Below are positions 19,977-29,806 of a DNA stretch of 64,000 nucleotides, one piece after another. Each line of letters begins with the position of its first letter. Within the stretch, counting starts at the first letter, position 1. The translations under genes were made by a program, and so were the position numbers. Source of the DNA: a phage. A model generated the notes under the pieces. That model saw nothing but the letters and a program-made list of their open reading frames with translations. It was not told where the DNA came from and made no database searches. The DNA lies in sequence record PZ019086.1, one strand, 5' to 3'.

Positions 19977-21790
19977 TGGTGTTTAACCCTATGCATGATT
20001 TCTTTATTTTTGCCGAGATTAAATCCACGTTCGTTCGGATTTCCCAAATAACCGCAAGTTCTTCTTATTGTGTTCATCTTTTTAGGATCAGTTTCTCCAC
20101 AAATAGAACAAACAAATCCGTTTTCAGTAGGAGTCATTTCATGGGTACTTCCACACGTAAAACATTTATCTACTGGCATATTAACACCAAAATAATCTAA
20201 ATGTTGTGCAGCATAATCCCATACAGCCTCAAGACCTTTTAGGTTATTTTTCATATCAGGAAGTTCAACATAAGAAATGTGACCACCTGTCGCAATGAAA
20301 TGATATGGTGCTTCACGAGAAATCTTTTCAAACGGAGTAATATTTTCTTCTACTGAAACATGGAAACTATTAGTGTACCAGCCTTTATCAGTAACATCTT
20401 TTACACTTCCATATTTTTCGGTATCAAGTTTACAGAAGCGATAACAAAGGTTTTCAGCAGGTGTAGAATACAAGCTAAAAGCAAAACCAGTTCTTTCAGT
20501 CCACTGCTTAAGACGAGCATTCATTTTAGTTAAAATTTCTTGCCCAATATCACGTCCGACAAGAATATTCAATTCGTGAATACCAATGTATCCTAAGGAC
20601 ACTGAACTTCTACCGTTTTTAAATAACTCAATTATGTCGTCATCAGGTTTAAGACGAACCCCGAATGCACCTTCTTGGTAAAGAATAGGAGCAACAGTCG
20701 CTTTAACTCCTTTTAAGGAACTAATTCTACACATCAAAGCTTCAAAACACAAATCCATTCGTTCATTGAACAATTCGGCAAATTTCTGTTCATTGAATTG
20801 TGTTCCAATATAAGAATCTAACGCAATGCGAGGAAGATTCAGCGTTACAACGCCAAGATTATTACGTCCATCAAGAATTTCATTACCAGTCGAATCTTTC
20901 CATACGCTTAAGAAACTACGGCAACCCATTGGAGAAACAGGAATAGATGAACCGGTGATAGCTTTATTGTTCTTAGCTGAAATAATATCAGGATACATTC
21001 TTTTGCTTGCACACTCTAGAGCAAGCTGCTTAATATCATAGTTCGGATCGTCTTTATAAAGATTAACACCTTCTTCAACAAACATAACAAGTTTAGGGAA
21101 AATAGGAGTTATCCCATCACGACCAAGACCTTTAATACGATTTTTCAGAATTGCTTTCTGAATCATTCGTTCAGTCCAGTCAGTTCCCGTACCAAATGTA
21201 ATTGTTACAAAAGGCGTTTGTCCGTTTGAACTAAAGAGAGTATTTACTTCATATTCATAAGCTTGGAATGCATCGTATACATCTTTTTCTGTTTTAGATT
21301 GGGCATAATTCAACGCATCAGCGATTTGCCATTTTTCTGCATCCTCAATATGTTTTGCGTATGTGCGTTTAACATAAGGAGAAAGTACTTTATCTACATT
21401 AGCAAAAGTCGTTCCGCCGTACTGATGTGAAGCAACCTGTGCGGTAATTTGTGCCATAATTGCAGTAGCAACGCCGATTGATTTAGGAGTTTCAATCTGT
21501 GCATTACCGAGCTTAAATCCGTTTTCAAGCATTCCTTTTAAATCTACTAAACAGCAATTAGTAAATGGAAGAGCAGGGGAATAATCAATATCGTGGAAAT
21601 GGATAATTCCGCTTTCATGCGCTTTCATAATAAAAGACGGGACCATATTTTTGGCAATGTGTTTAGACACAATACCAGCCATAAGGTCCCGTTGAGTTGG
21701 AAAAACACGAGAATCTTTATTAGCATTCTCGTTCAAAAGGTCTTTATTAGTTTTATGAATCAATCCTTCAATTTCTTTTTCAATTGTCAT
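19973..21790 (-). CDS. nrdD: Anaerobic ribonucleoside-triphosphate reductase (class III), uninterrupted
   Basis: 605 aa; C-terminal glycyl radical motif RRTCGYLG and zinc ribbon CFTCG...CSICG; a single continuous ORF with no intron. Confidence 0.9.
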   Translation of the reverse strand: MTIEKEIEGLIHKTNKDLLNENANKDSRVFPTQRDLMAGIVSKHIAKNMVPSFIMKAHESGIIHFHDIDYSPALPFTNCCLVDLKGMLENGFKLGNAQIETPKSIGVATAIMAQITAQVASHQYGGTTFANVDKVLSPYVKRTYAKHIEDAEKWQIADALNYAQSKTEKDVYDAFQAYEYEVNTLFSSNGQTPFVTITFGTGTDWTERMIQKAILKNRIKGLGRDGITPIFPKLVMFVEEGVNLYKDDPNYDIKQLALECASKRMYPDIISAKNNKAITGSSIPVSPMGCRSFLSVWKDSTGNEILDGRNNLGVVTLNLPRIALDSYIGTQFNEQKFAELFNERMDLCFEALMCRISSLKGVKATVAPILYQEGAFGVRLKPDDDIIELFKNGRSSVSLGYIGIHELNILVGRDIGQEILTKMNARLKQWTERTGFAFSLYSTPAENLCYRFCKLDTEKYGSVKDVTDKGWYTNSFHVSVEENITPFEKISREAPYHFIATGGHISYVELPDMKNNLKGLEAVWDYAAQHLDYFGVNMPVDKCFTCGSTHEMTPTENGFVCSICGETDPKKMNTIRRTCGYLGNPNERGFNLGKNKEIMHRVKHQ

Positions 21791-22260
21791 TTTAAACTCT
21801 TTCTAAGCTGCTTCTTAAATGAAGCTATTAATTGTGTTTTAGTGTCAGATTCATTATATTCAAATCCTCTTTGAAGCATCTCAGCCATCATTTCCTCTTT
21901 TCCTAAACGAGAAAATTCCTTTGATTTATCTCCAACGAAGTTAGGGTGAATATTATTTTGGGTGTAATCGGATTTTAAATAAGTAAGTAAATTTTCTAAC
22001 CATTCAAGATAATCAACACCTTGTCCCTTTAAGCCAGAACGATTAAATTTATGCTTCATTTGACCTTCTGCAGCATTACAGAGATTACATAGCAACCCAC
22101 GTACCTTTCCTGCTTTTGGTCCATTTAATTCATGGTCATGGTCAAGGTGATTAGCTTGAACATCAGGATTTAGTTCTCGTTGGCAAATTAAGCATTTACC
22201 GTTTTGTGCATCATAAAATTTCTGTTTTTCTTCTTTGTATAATTTGCCAGTCAATAACAT
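21787..22260 (-). CDS. 49: Endonuclease VII (Holliday junction resolvase)
   Basis: 157 aa as T4 gp49; zinc-binding CLICQ...CNLCN motif and HN(H)-like core. Confidence 0.9.
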   Translation of the reverse strand: MLLTGKLYKEEKQKFYDAQNGKCLICQRELNPDVQANHLDHDHELNGPKAGKVRGLLCNLCNAAEGQMKHKFNRSGLKGQGVDYLEWLENLLTYLKSDYTQNNIHPNFVGDKSKEFSRLGKEEMMAEMLQRGFEYNESDTKTQLIASFKKQLRKSLK

Positions 22261-22309
22261 AATAAAACCCTTACCTTGAATAGATAAGGGTATTTATTAT
22301 TTTCAAGTA

Positions 22310-22756
22310 TTAAAACGCTCGGTCAGAAAAAGAAATTTGAGTTTCAAGCCATTCAATATATTCTGCCGCAGCTTGCATCAAATTTCCTTCATAACCATCG
22401 TTATTTTCTTGTGCAGCTAATTTAGCTAATGCATATGAAATACGTTCACCTTGAAAAGCGGCTTTAGGTTTATGAATAGCTTGATCAATTCGTTCTACGA
22501 CTTCTTCAATTTCGCCATTTTCTGCGGATTCAGTATTCCACAAGCACCAATACGTAATTGGCTTATCATAGATGTTAATAATCTTTCCATCAGAAAGTTC
22601 AATTTCAATAATTCCAGTATCAGGTTCTATATCATCTTCGCATTCTTTTGCAAGTTCACGAACTTTAAAGACAGTACCTGCACTAAGTTCCGGCCAGTAA
22701 TTACACAGCCCTTTATCAGCACGATTAATTCTAAACCACTTATCTACTGCAATCAT
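22310..22756 (-). CDS. Hypothetical acidic protein (49.1/pin region); identity uncertain
   Basis: Track ORF begins at TTG; first ATG at 22756. Confidence 0.45.
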   Translation of the reverse strand: MIAVDKWFRINRADKGLCNYWPELSAGTVFKVRELAKECEDDIEPDTGIIEIELSDGKIINIYDKPITYWCLWNTESAENGEIEEVVERIDQAIHKPKAAFQGERISYALAKLAAQENNDGYEGNLMQAAAEYIEWLETQISFSDRAF

Positions 22757-22879
22757 ATCCCATCTCCATATCAATTAAGTCATTTATCGTTGGTTCATTA
22801 TATACTGTTTCTTCATCAGTGTAAACCGGTTCTTCCGGCTCTGGCTCTACTGTTTCCCATCTAGCCGCCCACCAAGGTT

Positions 22880-23200
22880 TTATAGCGTAATCCATTCTCG
22901 TACTGTCTGAGTTACTACACGTTCACGGGGCTCGACTAGTTCAACAGTCGGAACTGCATAATACCAGTCAGAATGGTAAGAACCTGAGCGAGATTCATTT
23001 ACAGACACATGAACGTTATGTTTTGGACTAAAATAAACGCACTGCCGATATTGGCATTTGCCATCTTGTACCCAATCTTCTATTTCGACAGGTTTAAGAT
23101 AGTCTGAAAAATCAAAATCATAATTTTCTGAAAATGCATCATGGTCTTCGATGATTTCGCTCAGAACTGCATCAACATCTAATTTATTTTCAATAGTCAT
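22880..23200 (-). CDS. Hypothetical protein
   Basis: 106-aa ORF. Confidence 0.5.
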   Translation of the reverse strand: MTIENKLDVDAVLSEIIEDHDAFSENYDFDFSDYLKPVEIEDWVQDGKCQYRQCVYFSPKHNVHVSVNESRSGSYHSDWYYAVPTVELVEPRERVVTQTVREWITL

Positions 23201-23211
23201 TTTTCACCACT

Positions 23212-23421
23212 TTAATTTCGCAATTTATTAAGTTCTTCATAATCAATCCAGGATTCTAATCCTGATGGCAAATCAGATTCAATTTCCCAAAAAAGTTCTT
23301 CAATTTTCTGAAGACGATCTAATTCTTCAGCAGGAATAGTAACCATTGACGGAGTTCTTGATACACTAATATCGTAAATCATATTTACCCCAGTTTGACC
23401 ATACAATCGCCATATTTCCAT
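23212..23421 (-). CDS. Hypothetical small protein
   Basis: 69-aa ORF. Confidence 0.45.
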   Translation of the reverse strand: MEIWRLYGQTGVNMIYDISVSRTPSMVTIPAEELDRLQKIEELFWEIESDLPSGLESWIDYEELNKLRN

Positions 23422-23600
23422 TTAGAAATAGACTTTTCGCCATTAGAATAATAAACTTCGAGTTTAGCACGATTATTTTTAATTTGAATAACCTTAGCTG
23501 TCATCAAAGTTCCATACCCATAGTAAACTGCAACTTCATCACCTACATATACCGCGCTTCCGCGGTAGTCATGGATATAATCAGTTCCTTTGAGCATCAT
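23385..23600 (-). CDS. Hypothetical small protein
   Basis: 71-aa ORF overlapping the nrdC stop. Confidence 0.45.
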   Translation of the reverse strand: MMLKGTDYIHDYRGSAVYVGDEVAVYYGYGTLMTAKVIQIKNNRAKLEVYYSNGEKSISKWKYGDCMVKLG

Positions 23601-23860
23601 TTAAAGTATTCCCGCAATTGGTCAAATCCGCCAATATGACTTCCATCAGGAGCAAATACTTGTGGCATTGTCAAACCAATTTGAGTATCACGACCCAGTT
23701 TAGTTAGAAGCTCAGCGATTTTCTCATCATCAAAAACACCTTTTTCCGGCATAATGTTGATAAATTCAAACGGCTGTTTCTTCACAGTCAAAAGACGTTT
23801 TGCATTATCGCAATACACACATTTATGGATGCTGCTATCATAACCATATACTTTAAACAT
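23597..23860 (-). CDS. nrdC: Thioredoxin/glutaredoxin NrdC
   Basis: 87 aa; CVYC active site; MFKVYGYDSSIHKCVYCDNAKRLL matches T4 NrdC from memory. Confidence 0.9.
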   Translation of the reverse strand: MFKVYGYDSSIHKCVYCDNAKRLLTVKKQPFEFINIMPEKGVFDDEKIAELLTKLGRDTQIGLTMPQVFAPDGSHIGGFDQLREYFK

Positions 23861-23861
23861 A

Positions 23862-24104
23862 TTATTCCTTAATTCCTAGTACTTGTTTAAAAGTCTCGTC
23901 GTAATCAAGACTTTGACCTGTTTGTTCTTTATGTTTGTATATAATATCACTTACTTCTGATAGCATATTTTTATATGAACGAGTTAAAGCAGATTTAAGC
24001 ACGCTATATCTATCAGGAAATTTACCATGTTCATTATAATACGCTATTGCTAATTCACGGACTGCTTTTTCAGCAGTCTCCATATATTCTTTACGCTTTG
24101 TCAT
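23862..24104 (-). CDS. Hypothetical protein (nrdC.1 position)
   Basis: Track ORF starts at TTG; first in-frame ATG at 24104. Confidence 0.45.
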
Positions 24105-24408
24105 TTTCTTCTCGGTCAAATCGGTGTTTGCAATGACGACATTTATAGCGAAGATTACTAGTCTGCCAATGGACTAATTGAACCTGTTCAGTACCGCATT
24201 CAGGACAATTAGGAACGTTTTTAGAAGCCCTTTCGCGACGTTCAACCATAGCCATAATGGCATCCCAAGCTGGAGGTATAAAGTCTAAATCATCGCAACC
24301 ATGAATCTTTCCACGCATTTCCAGATCGTCTTCTTCACCAGCCATAATAATTTTAATTAGACTGGAATTACTTGAAGCTGCAATATCTTCTAATAAACGC
24401 TTTTTCAT
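24091..24408 (-). CDS. Zinc-ribbon protein
   Basis: 105 aa; CPECG...CRHCKH. Confidence 0.5.
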
Positions 24409-25334
24409 TTCAATACCTCAATAGCATTACGTAAACCATTTGCTTTTGCATTAAGAGCTTTTAACAATTTGGTGTGTTCGGCAATCTGGGCTTCAACTTC
24501 AACTAGTCGAGATTTGAGGTATTCACGTTCTTCACTCATGTTATCAATCTTTTCTACTTTAGGCTCTTTTACAACTGTCTTATATGTATTAGGATTCTTC
24601 AGTTTAATTAGAATACGTGAACTGTATAACATTGAACCATTATCTTCGATTTCGTCATACATTTCTACTACGTCCATGATTTTTAACATCATGCGGAGTT
24701 TATAAGACAACGAACGAATAGTTTTGTTGTGCTTATTAATTTCTCTAGATGTCATGGTGCCGAGATTACGTGAGTAATAATAAGGAACTTGGATATTAAT
24801 TAACACTGATGAACCACCTGGCTTGTGTGTTACTTCATCAGCAATAACCCAATCCTTAACATGAACTGTATTTGTACGGTCATCGCCTGCGGTAAATAGT
24901 TTACGAGCATGCTTAAAAAGCATATTCACTTGGTCATTAAATTGACAGGCAAATTTATCAGCAAATTTAGTTTCAGGAATGGTAGATAGCCAATCAGCCA
25001 AATGGGTCTTTTTAACATCGTTAACAATAGTAAATTCAACCAAATCGGTTATAGATGTTGCAGATTTAATGAAGCTTGGCTTCATAAAGTTTTTAATGTT
25101 ATCACGAGCTACAGTAGAAGATAACATACGAGAACGTTTAAACCATTCAAGCAAATTGCCTAATGAATGAGAATAGGCGTTCTGAGTATCTTTACAGATA
25201 TGATTTTCCTGGCCAATATATTGAAGGAAATCACGAAGAATATTATTGATTACTGCTCTGTGTCCGATCTGATAATTACGGTGTTTAGCAATAAGACTGT
25301 CAAAATAATCAATATAATGTTTACGAGTTTTCAT
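24405..25334 (-). CDS. Hypothetical protein with C-terminal coiled coil (nrdC.x block)
   Basis: 309 aa; ATG start. Confidence 0.6.
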   Translation of the reverse strand: MKTRKHYIDYFDSLIAKHRNYQIGHRAVINNILRDFLQYIGQENHICKDTQNAYSHSLGNLLEWFKRSRMLSSTVARDNIKNFMKPSFIKSATSITDLVEFTIVNDVKKTHLADWLSTIPETKFADKFACQFNDQVNMLFKHARKLFTAGDDRTNTVHVKDWVIADEVTHKPGGSSVLINIQVPYYYSRNLGTMTSREINKHNKTIRSLSYKLRMMLKIMDVVEMYDEIEDNGSMLYSSRILIKLKNPNTYKTVVKEPKVEKIDNMSEEREYLKSRLVEVEAQIAEHTKLLKALNAKANGLRNAIEVLK

Positions 25335-25386
25335 GTTCTTCTCACTTGGTTAATGATTTATACTCCGAGCCATCCTTGGCTTTAAA

Positions 25387-26388
25387 TTACTTAATTAACT
25401 GTAAAGCTTGTTCAAGACGATCCAGGCGATTAACAGATTCTTCCCAAATCCTTTTAGCTTGCTCATATTCTTTCTGCGCTTTATTAGAAATTTCTAGAGC
25501 TTCTTTATAAGCTTTTTCTAATGCAATAACTTCTGGACGAATTTCTACCGGTTCAGGTGAATCGTCAAGACATTCCATTAGTTCCTCAAGGGTAGTTTCT
25601 TCTTTAGGAGTATTCACAATTTCTTCACATTTTTGTTGGTAAATTTCTTTATCAGTCGGTGAGTACGCACACTTTACTTCACGAAGACTAACTACAATTT
25701 TATATCCTTCCCAACCGCATATATTCTTAAAAGGATACGTATGAATATTTTCTACTGTTTCCATACAAAGTAGTGCAGTCTCTAATTGACGAGTTATAGT
25801 GCTAGCAATTGAGAAAAATTTATTAATATTCCTTTGGTTAGTTTCTGGTGTAAAAAATCCATAATTCACAAAAATAGATACTTTATTTTTATCAAGTTCA
25901 TATTCTTTTATGATAATCATATCAGAAGCCAAAGGATGAATTTGACGATAATCGCCATAACATAATTTAGAAGCTGATTTTAGAATCTGTCCTTTGAAAA
26001 GCCTGAAATTACTAATCCAACGACGAGTAAAAATATTCTCAGGGTCTTCTTTATTATTAAGATGATAAGAATTAACATCACCGAACCAATTATATCCTAC
26101 TACATCTTTGGTTCGTTTAATTTCTTTCCCAAAATTACCAAGAATATCTCGATTAACCAAATATGAAAGAAGACGAGACTCTTTAAAGGTTTTCTTGATA
26201 ACATCTTTATCTACACGGCTAGAAATTTTACGAATTTCATGAATAAATTTAACAGAAGAAACAATACTTGCATCAACACTATTGAGCCATTGATTGATAA
26301 TAGAAATAACGCTATTTTGGCCAAACATCGGTATAGCTTTATCATCAATAACGCTATTGAATGATTTGATATATTCGTTACGAGTCAT
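25387..26388 (-). CDS. Hypothetical protein with C-terminal coiled coil
   Basis: Start moved from track GTG to ATG at 26388 with GAGGAG RBS. Confidence 0.6.
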   Translation of the reverse strand: MTRNEYIKSFNSVIDDKAIPMFGQNSVISIINQWLNSVDASIVSSVKFIHEIRKISSRVDKDVIKKTFKESRLLSYLVNRDILGNFGKEIKRTKDVVGYNWFGDVNSYHLNNKEDPENIFTRRWISNFRLFKGQILKSASKLCYGDYRQIHPLASDMIIIKEYELDKNKVSIFVNYGFFTPETNQRNINKFFSIASTITRQLETALLCMETVENIHTYPFKNICGWEGYKIVVSLREVKCAYSPTDKEIYQQKCEEIVNTPKEETTLEELMECLDDSPEPVEIRPEVIALEKAYKEALEISNKAQKEYEQAKRIWEESVNRLDRLEQALQLIK

Positions 26389-26428
26389 ATTAATCTCCTC
26401 AGATACCACATCCTTGTGGCAAAGTAAA

Positions 26429-27451
26429 CTAGTTCAGTGCATTTAGTGCATTGTTCAGTTTAGAACGTTGCTTTGTCAGATTTTGAACCCTTGACTGAGC
26501 TTGTTCTAACACCTTTTCAGCTTCTAGCACTTCATTGGTCGCTTTAACTAATTCAGCATCTACTGCTTTAAGAGACTTCTCAATCGCGTCAGCGTGCCAT
26601 TTTTCTACAGGTTTAAAATTTGAATTTTCAGTAGGAAGAAAACTCACTTTATTAAGTTTACATGCATCTATATTGCTTGAGCTATACATCCAAAATTTAG
26701 GATCGTTTGATAAGTAATTGGATAAATTTAAGTTATCTTGCACTTCCTGCTTTTTCTCTTGCGGGACTTCGTCCTTTCTCAAAAAATCGTATTTAAATGA
26801 AACGATCATATCAAGTTCATACGTTGTTGTGTCTAATTTAAATCGTTCAAAACGAGGTAAAATCTTAGATTGAACAGCAGCAACAACATCCATATACTTA
26901 AATGCTTCTGTCAACTGTGATTTAAGGCATTCACAAATTGAAAGAGAATTTTTTGTATTAGGTTTAAAGCTAATTCGTGCAGTTCTGTTATTTTCTTTTA
27001 ATGGTCTTACTTCCATCTGAAGAGTATAACCATCAAATTTCAGGTTCTTTAAGTTAATATCAGAACCTTTCAATCGACTCGCAGTTGATAAAATTTGCTT
27101 TAATTGTCTACGGAACAGAGCAATAAATCTCCATTCAATACGATAATGATTTGGATTGAAAAATCCAGATGATAAATCGACCTTACTTTGACCAACGCCT
27201 TGAACAAATAGAGGATTTTTATAATCAATAGTTTTACAGAAATCTGTGAGCTGCTCACGAGCCGTCATTTGTGTAATATACCCCGCTTTACTAAAATTAC
27301 TCACCCATTCACTGCTATTTAGATATTTAAAGTGATGAATAGCACGATTAACTTTATCAGGGTCTAAATTATTTTCACACAAAAATGTCATAACATCACG
27401 AGTATCGCTGGCATTACGAACCATATCTTCAATTTGAGAACGAGTTTTCAT
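26429..27451 (-). CDS. Hypothetical protein with C-terminal coiled coil
   Basis: 340 aa; ATG start. Confidence 0.6.
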   Translation of the reverse strand: MKTRSQIEDMVRNASDTRDVMTFLCENNLDPDKVNRAIHHFKYLNSSEWVSNFSKAGYITQMTAREQLTDFCKTIDYKNPLFVQGVGQSKVDLSSGFFNPNHYRIEWRFIALFRRQLKQILSTASRLKGSDINLKNLKFDGYTLQMEVRPLKENNRTARISFKPNTKNSLSICECLKSQLTEAFKYMDVVAAVQSKILPRFERFKLDTTTYELDMIVSFKYDFLRKDEVPQEKKQEVQDNLNLSNYLSNDPKFWMYSSSNIDACKLNKVSFLPTENSNFKPVEKWHADAIEKSLKAVDAELVKATNEVLEAEKVLEQAQSRVQNLTKQRSKLNNALNALN

Positions 27452-27459
27452 GGTGTTCC

Positions 27460-28350
27460 TTAAGATTTAAGTAAATCAACAATTTTAATTAACTTTTCAC
27501 GCTCAGATTTAGCTTTACTACTCAATCCAGATAGTCTGAAAATTTCATCGTCATACTGTTGAATAGAAATATTCAGCTCTTCAATCTGCTTATTAAAATA
27601 ATCAATTTGTTCAGAATGTTTTTCGTTACTGCGAACTGGTACAGGTTTTGTAGGCAATGTAGTTGAACTGGATTCATTCGGGCGATAAATCAAAATGCAA
27701 TTTGAACCAATCGGGCATTTAGCACCAGACGTATATTCTAATGTTCCAGCTTCTTTTAAAACTTCAAAAGCTAAACAGAGATGATGCCCCATATTAACAT
27801 AATCTGTAGAGTGAGCTCTGATGTAATAATCATCTCCACGAATACTAAATTTAAAGCATTTAAGGTCTTCTGTATTATTGGTCTTAAAAATCATTTGTTT
27901 ATCTAGACCTTTAGCTAATCGAGCGCCTAATGCTAATAATCGTCGTTGATTTTTCCACAAATCCGCAATCATTTGATCGAATGATAATTTTGGCATTAGT
28001 CGACCATAAAGGTCATATCCTTTATTATAATTACGAAGGATTTCACTCGCGTTAATACGAGACAATGCTCCAATTTTATTAAGGGCTTTCATAATGCGAT
28101 TAGATAAACTCATTCCAGATCCGTTTGTTCGCTGTAAATGTTTTTCTAATCCAAATCCAATATCAACTTTAAACTTATCTAAAATTTCAGCATGAACATC
28201 TCTGTCGATAACATTCAAATCCAAAGTTGGGTTAAATCTATGAAAAAATTTATCTGGCTCTCCACGACGAAATACAGTCCATTCATTCATCATTTTTTTA
28301 TTAACTAATGATTTAATTACTGCATTGACATTATTAATTACTACTGACAT
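27460..28350 (-). CDS. Hypothetical protein with C-terminal coiled coil
   Basis: Start moved from track TTG to ATG at 28350 with GAGGAAA RBS. Confidence 0.6.
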   Translation of the reverse strand: MSVVINNVNAVIKSLVNKKMMNEWTVFRRGEPDKFFHRFNPTLDLNVIDRDVHAEILDKFKVDIGFGLEKHLQRTNGSGMSLSNRIMKALNKIGALSRINASEILRNYNKGYDLYGRLMPKLSFDQMIADLWKNQRRLLALGARLAKGLDKQMIFKTNNTEDLKCFKFSIRGDDYYIRAHSTDYVNMGHHLCLAFEVLKEAGTLEYTSGAKCPIGSNCILIYRPNESSSTTLPTKPVPVRSNEKHSEQIDYFNKQIEELNISIQQYDDEIFRLSGLSSKAKSEREKLIKIVDLLKS

Positions 28351-28357
28351 ATTTTCC

Positions 28358-28759
28358 TCACTCAATTTTACTAATTACACGAAATAAGATTGAACAGACT
28401 ATATAAGTACCACATATAGACTGAACTAATGCCATTCCAAAGAACCAAACAATATTATCAAACCATGTCTGTTTTACGTCGAAAGGACGTAAACTTACAG
28501 TAATATTATCACCTTTTTCTATTGAAGAATACATCTCTGGGGAAATATATTCACTAAATCTATAACCATCTTTGAGTTCATATACGGCAATAAACGATAA
28601 ACTAGACCCTTTTCCTTGTGTTCCTGTAATGGTATTAACTACAGTAACATCATAATCTTTATAGTGCATATAATCATTAATTGCGTAATAACCATATGCA
28701 ACTACTACACATAAACAACATATCAATAAATTCAATCTTTTAATTATCGACTGTTTCAT
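28358..28759 (-). CDS. Membrane protein
   Basis: 133 aa, N- and C-terminal hydrophobic helices. Confidence 0.55.
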   Translation of the reverse strand: MKQSIIKRLNLLICCLCVVVAYGYYAINDYMHYKDYDVTVVNTITGTQGKGSSLSFIAVYELKDGYRFSEYISPEMYSSIEKGDNITVSLRPFDVKQTWFDNIVWFFGMALVQSICGTYIVCSILFRVISKIE

Positions 28760-28814
28760 AATAATCTCAATTAAAAGGGCTTAGAACCATTATACCATCC
28801 TTGGTATAAAGCGG

Positions 28815-29342
28815 TTATGCGAGTACCGTCTTTAACCGTTCTTCAAACTTCCGAAGAGTATTTTGGCGTTCAGCTCTTTGCTTTTTGTAAGTTTCAATAC
28901 GCTCTGAAATGAGAGTGTATCGTTCATTTACTGATTCTTTCATAAAATCAGGAATTTCACGAGAAGCTTTAATCTCGTCAAATTTATCAATAACAGCTTG
29001 CTCTTCAGCAATTAAGTTATCATACATTAAAATATCTTTCTTGATGAACTCAATATCTTCTTGAGTTACACTAGATAATTTAGATGCTTTATCCTTTTTG
29101 TACTGTTCGTTAGTATCACGAGACCAATGTAATGTACGATTTTTATTCGTATTTTTGTAAATTTCTACAATACCGATCTCATCAATAATAACGATCCAAT
29201 TCCAACGGGATTTGTAAATTTGTCCTCCATCAACAGTGATTTCACCTCCGATTGAGATGTCGTTAAAGAACTTGCTTTGCGCTTCAGATTTAAATTTACC
29301 ATCGTTGTAATTTACCAAGTTGAAAATATCTTTAGCGTTCAT
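28815..29342 (-). CDS. Hypothetical protein
   Basis: 175 aa; GGAGG RBS; directly downstream of an early promoter. Confidence 0.6.
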   Translation of the reverse strand: MNAKDIFNLVNYNDGKFKSEAQSKFFNDISIGGEITVDGGQIYKSRWNWIVIIDEIGIVEIYKNTNKNRTLHWSRDTNEQYKKDKASKLSSVTQEDIEFIKKDILMYDNLIAEEQAVIDKFDEIKASREIPDFMKESVNERYTLISERIETYKKQRAERQNTLRKFEERLKTVLA

Positions 29343-29365
29343 TTTCTGTTCCTCCGTAGTTGATA

Positions 29366-29402
29366 GTTGTATAGTACCACAGAGGAACAGTCTTGTAAAC
29401 CA
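29366..29402 (-). promoter_or_regulatory. T4-type early promoter
   Basis: Plus strand tgtatagtaccac...tgtaaac; approximate. Confidence 0.6.
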
Positions 29403-29717
29403 CTAAAAGAAACTTCTTTCACAATTTTTTCCACTGAACCAGGCGCTCACTGCTTTCTTAGTCTCAGGAGCAGTGTTATCCATAAACCATTCAAAGGCAG
29501 CCTTTTTATGATTCTGGAGGGCTTCTCGGGCTTTAATCTGCTCACGGTCTATTAACACTAACATATGAGCCTTTCTTGTCACCATGGGCTTCTTATGATT
29601 TTTTGAATACTCCCAGTCATTTGTCCATCGCATTGTCGTTGCGAACTGAAATACTGCTTCTTTAATTTTAGTTTCGTAAATTTCACGAGCCTTTGAGTAT
29701 AACATCATTACCTCCAT
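29403..29717 (-). CDS. Hypothetical protein
   Basis: 104-aa ORF. Confidence 0.5.
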   Translation of the reverse strand: MEVMMLYSKAREIYETKIKEAVFQFATTMRWTNDWEYSKNHKKPMVTRKAHMLVLIDREQIKAREALQNHKKAAFEWFMDNTAPETKKAVSAWFSGKNCERSFF

Positions 29718-29806
29718 TCACCAGTTTAATTCTAGTCATCTTTTTAATGGCAGTCCATATAATCTATTTCTGAACTGCCTTTTTGTTATAGAAGTCCTCT
29801 TATGAA

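Noticed and set aside
22262-22308. Inverted repeat CCCTTA...TAAGGG between 49 and the downstream ORF
   Set aside because: The loop is about 12 nt and the stem is AT-rich; could be a weak structure but not convincingly a terminator.
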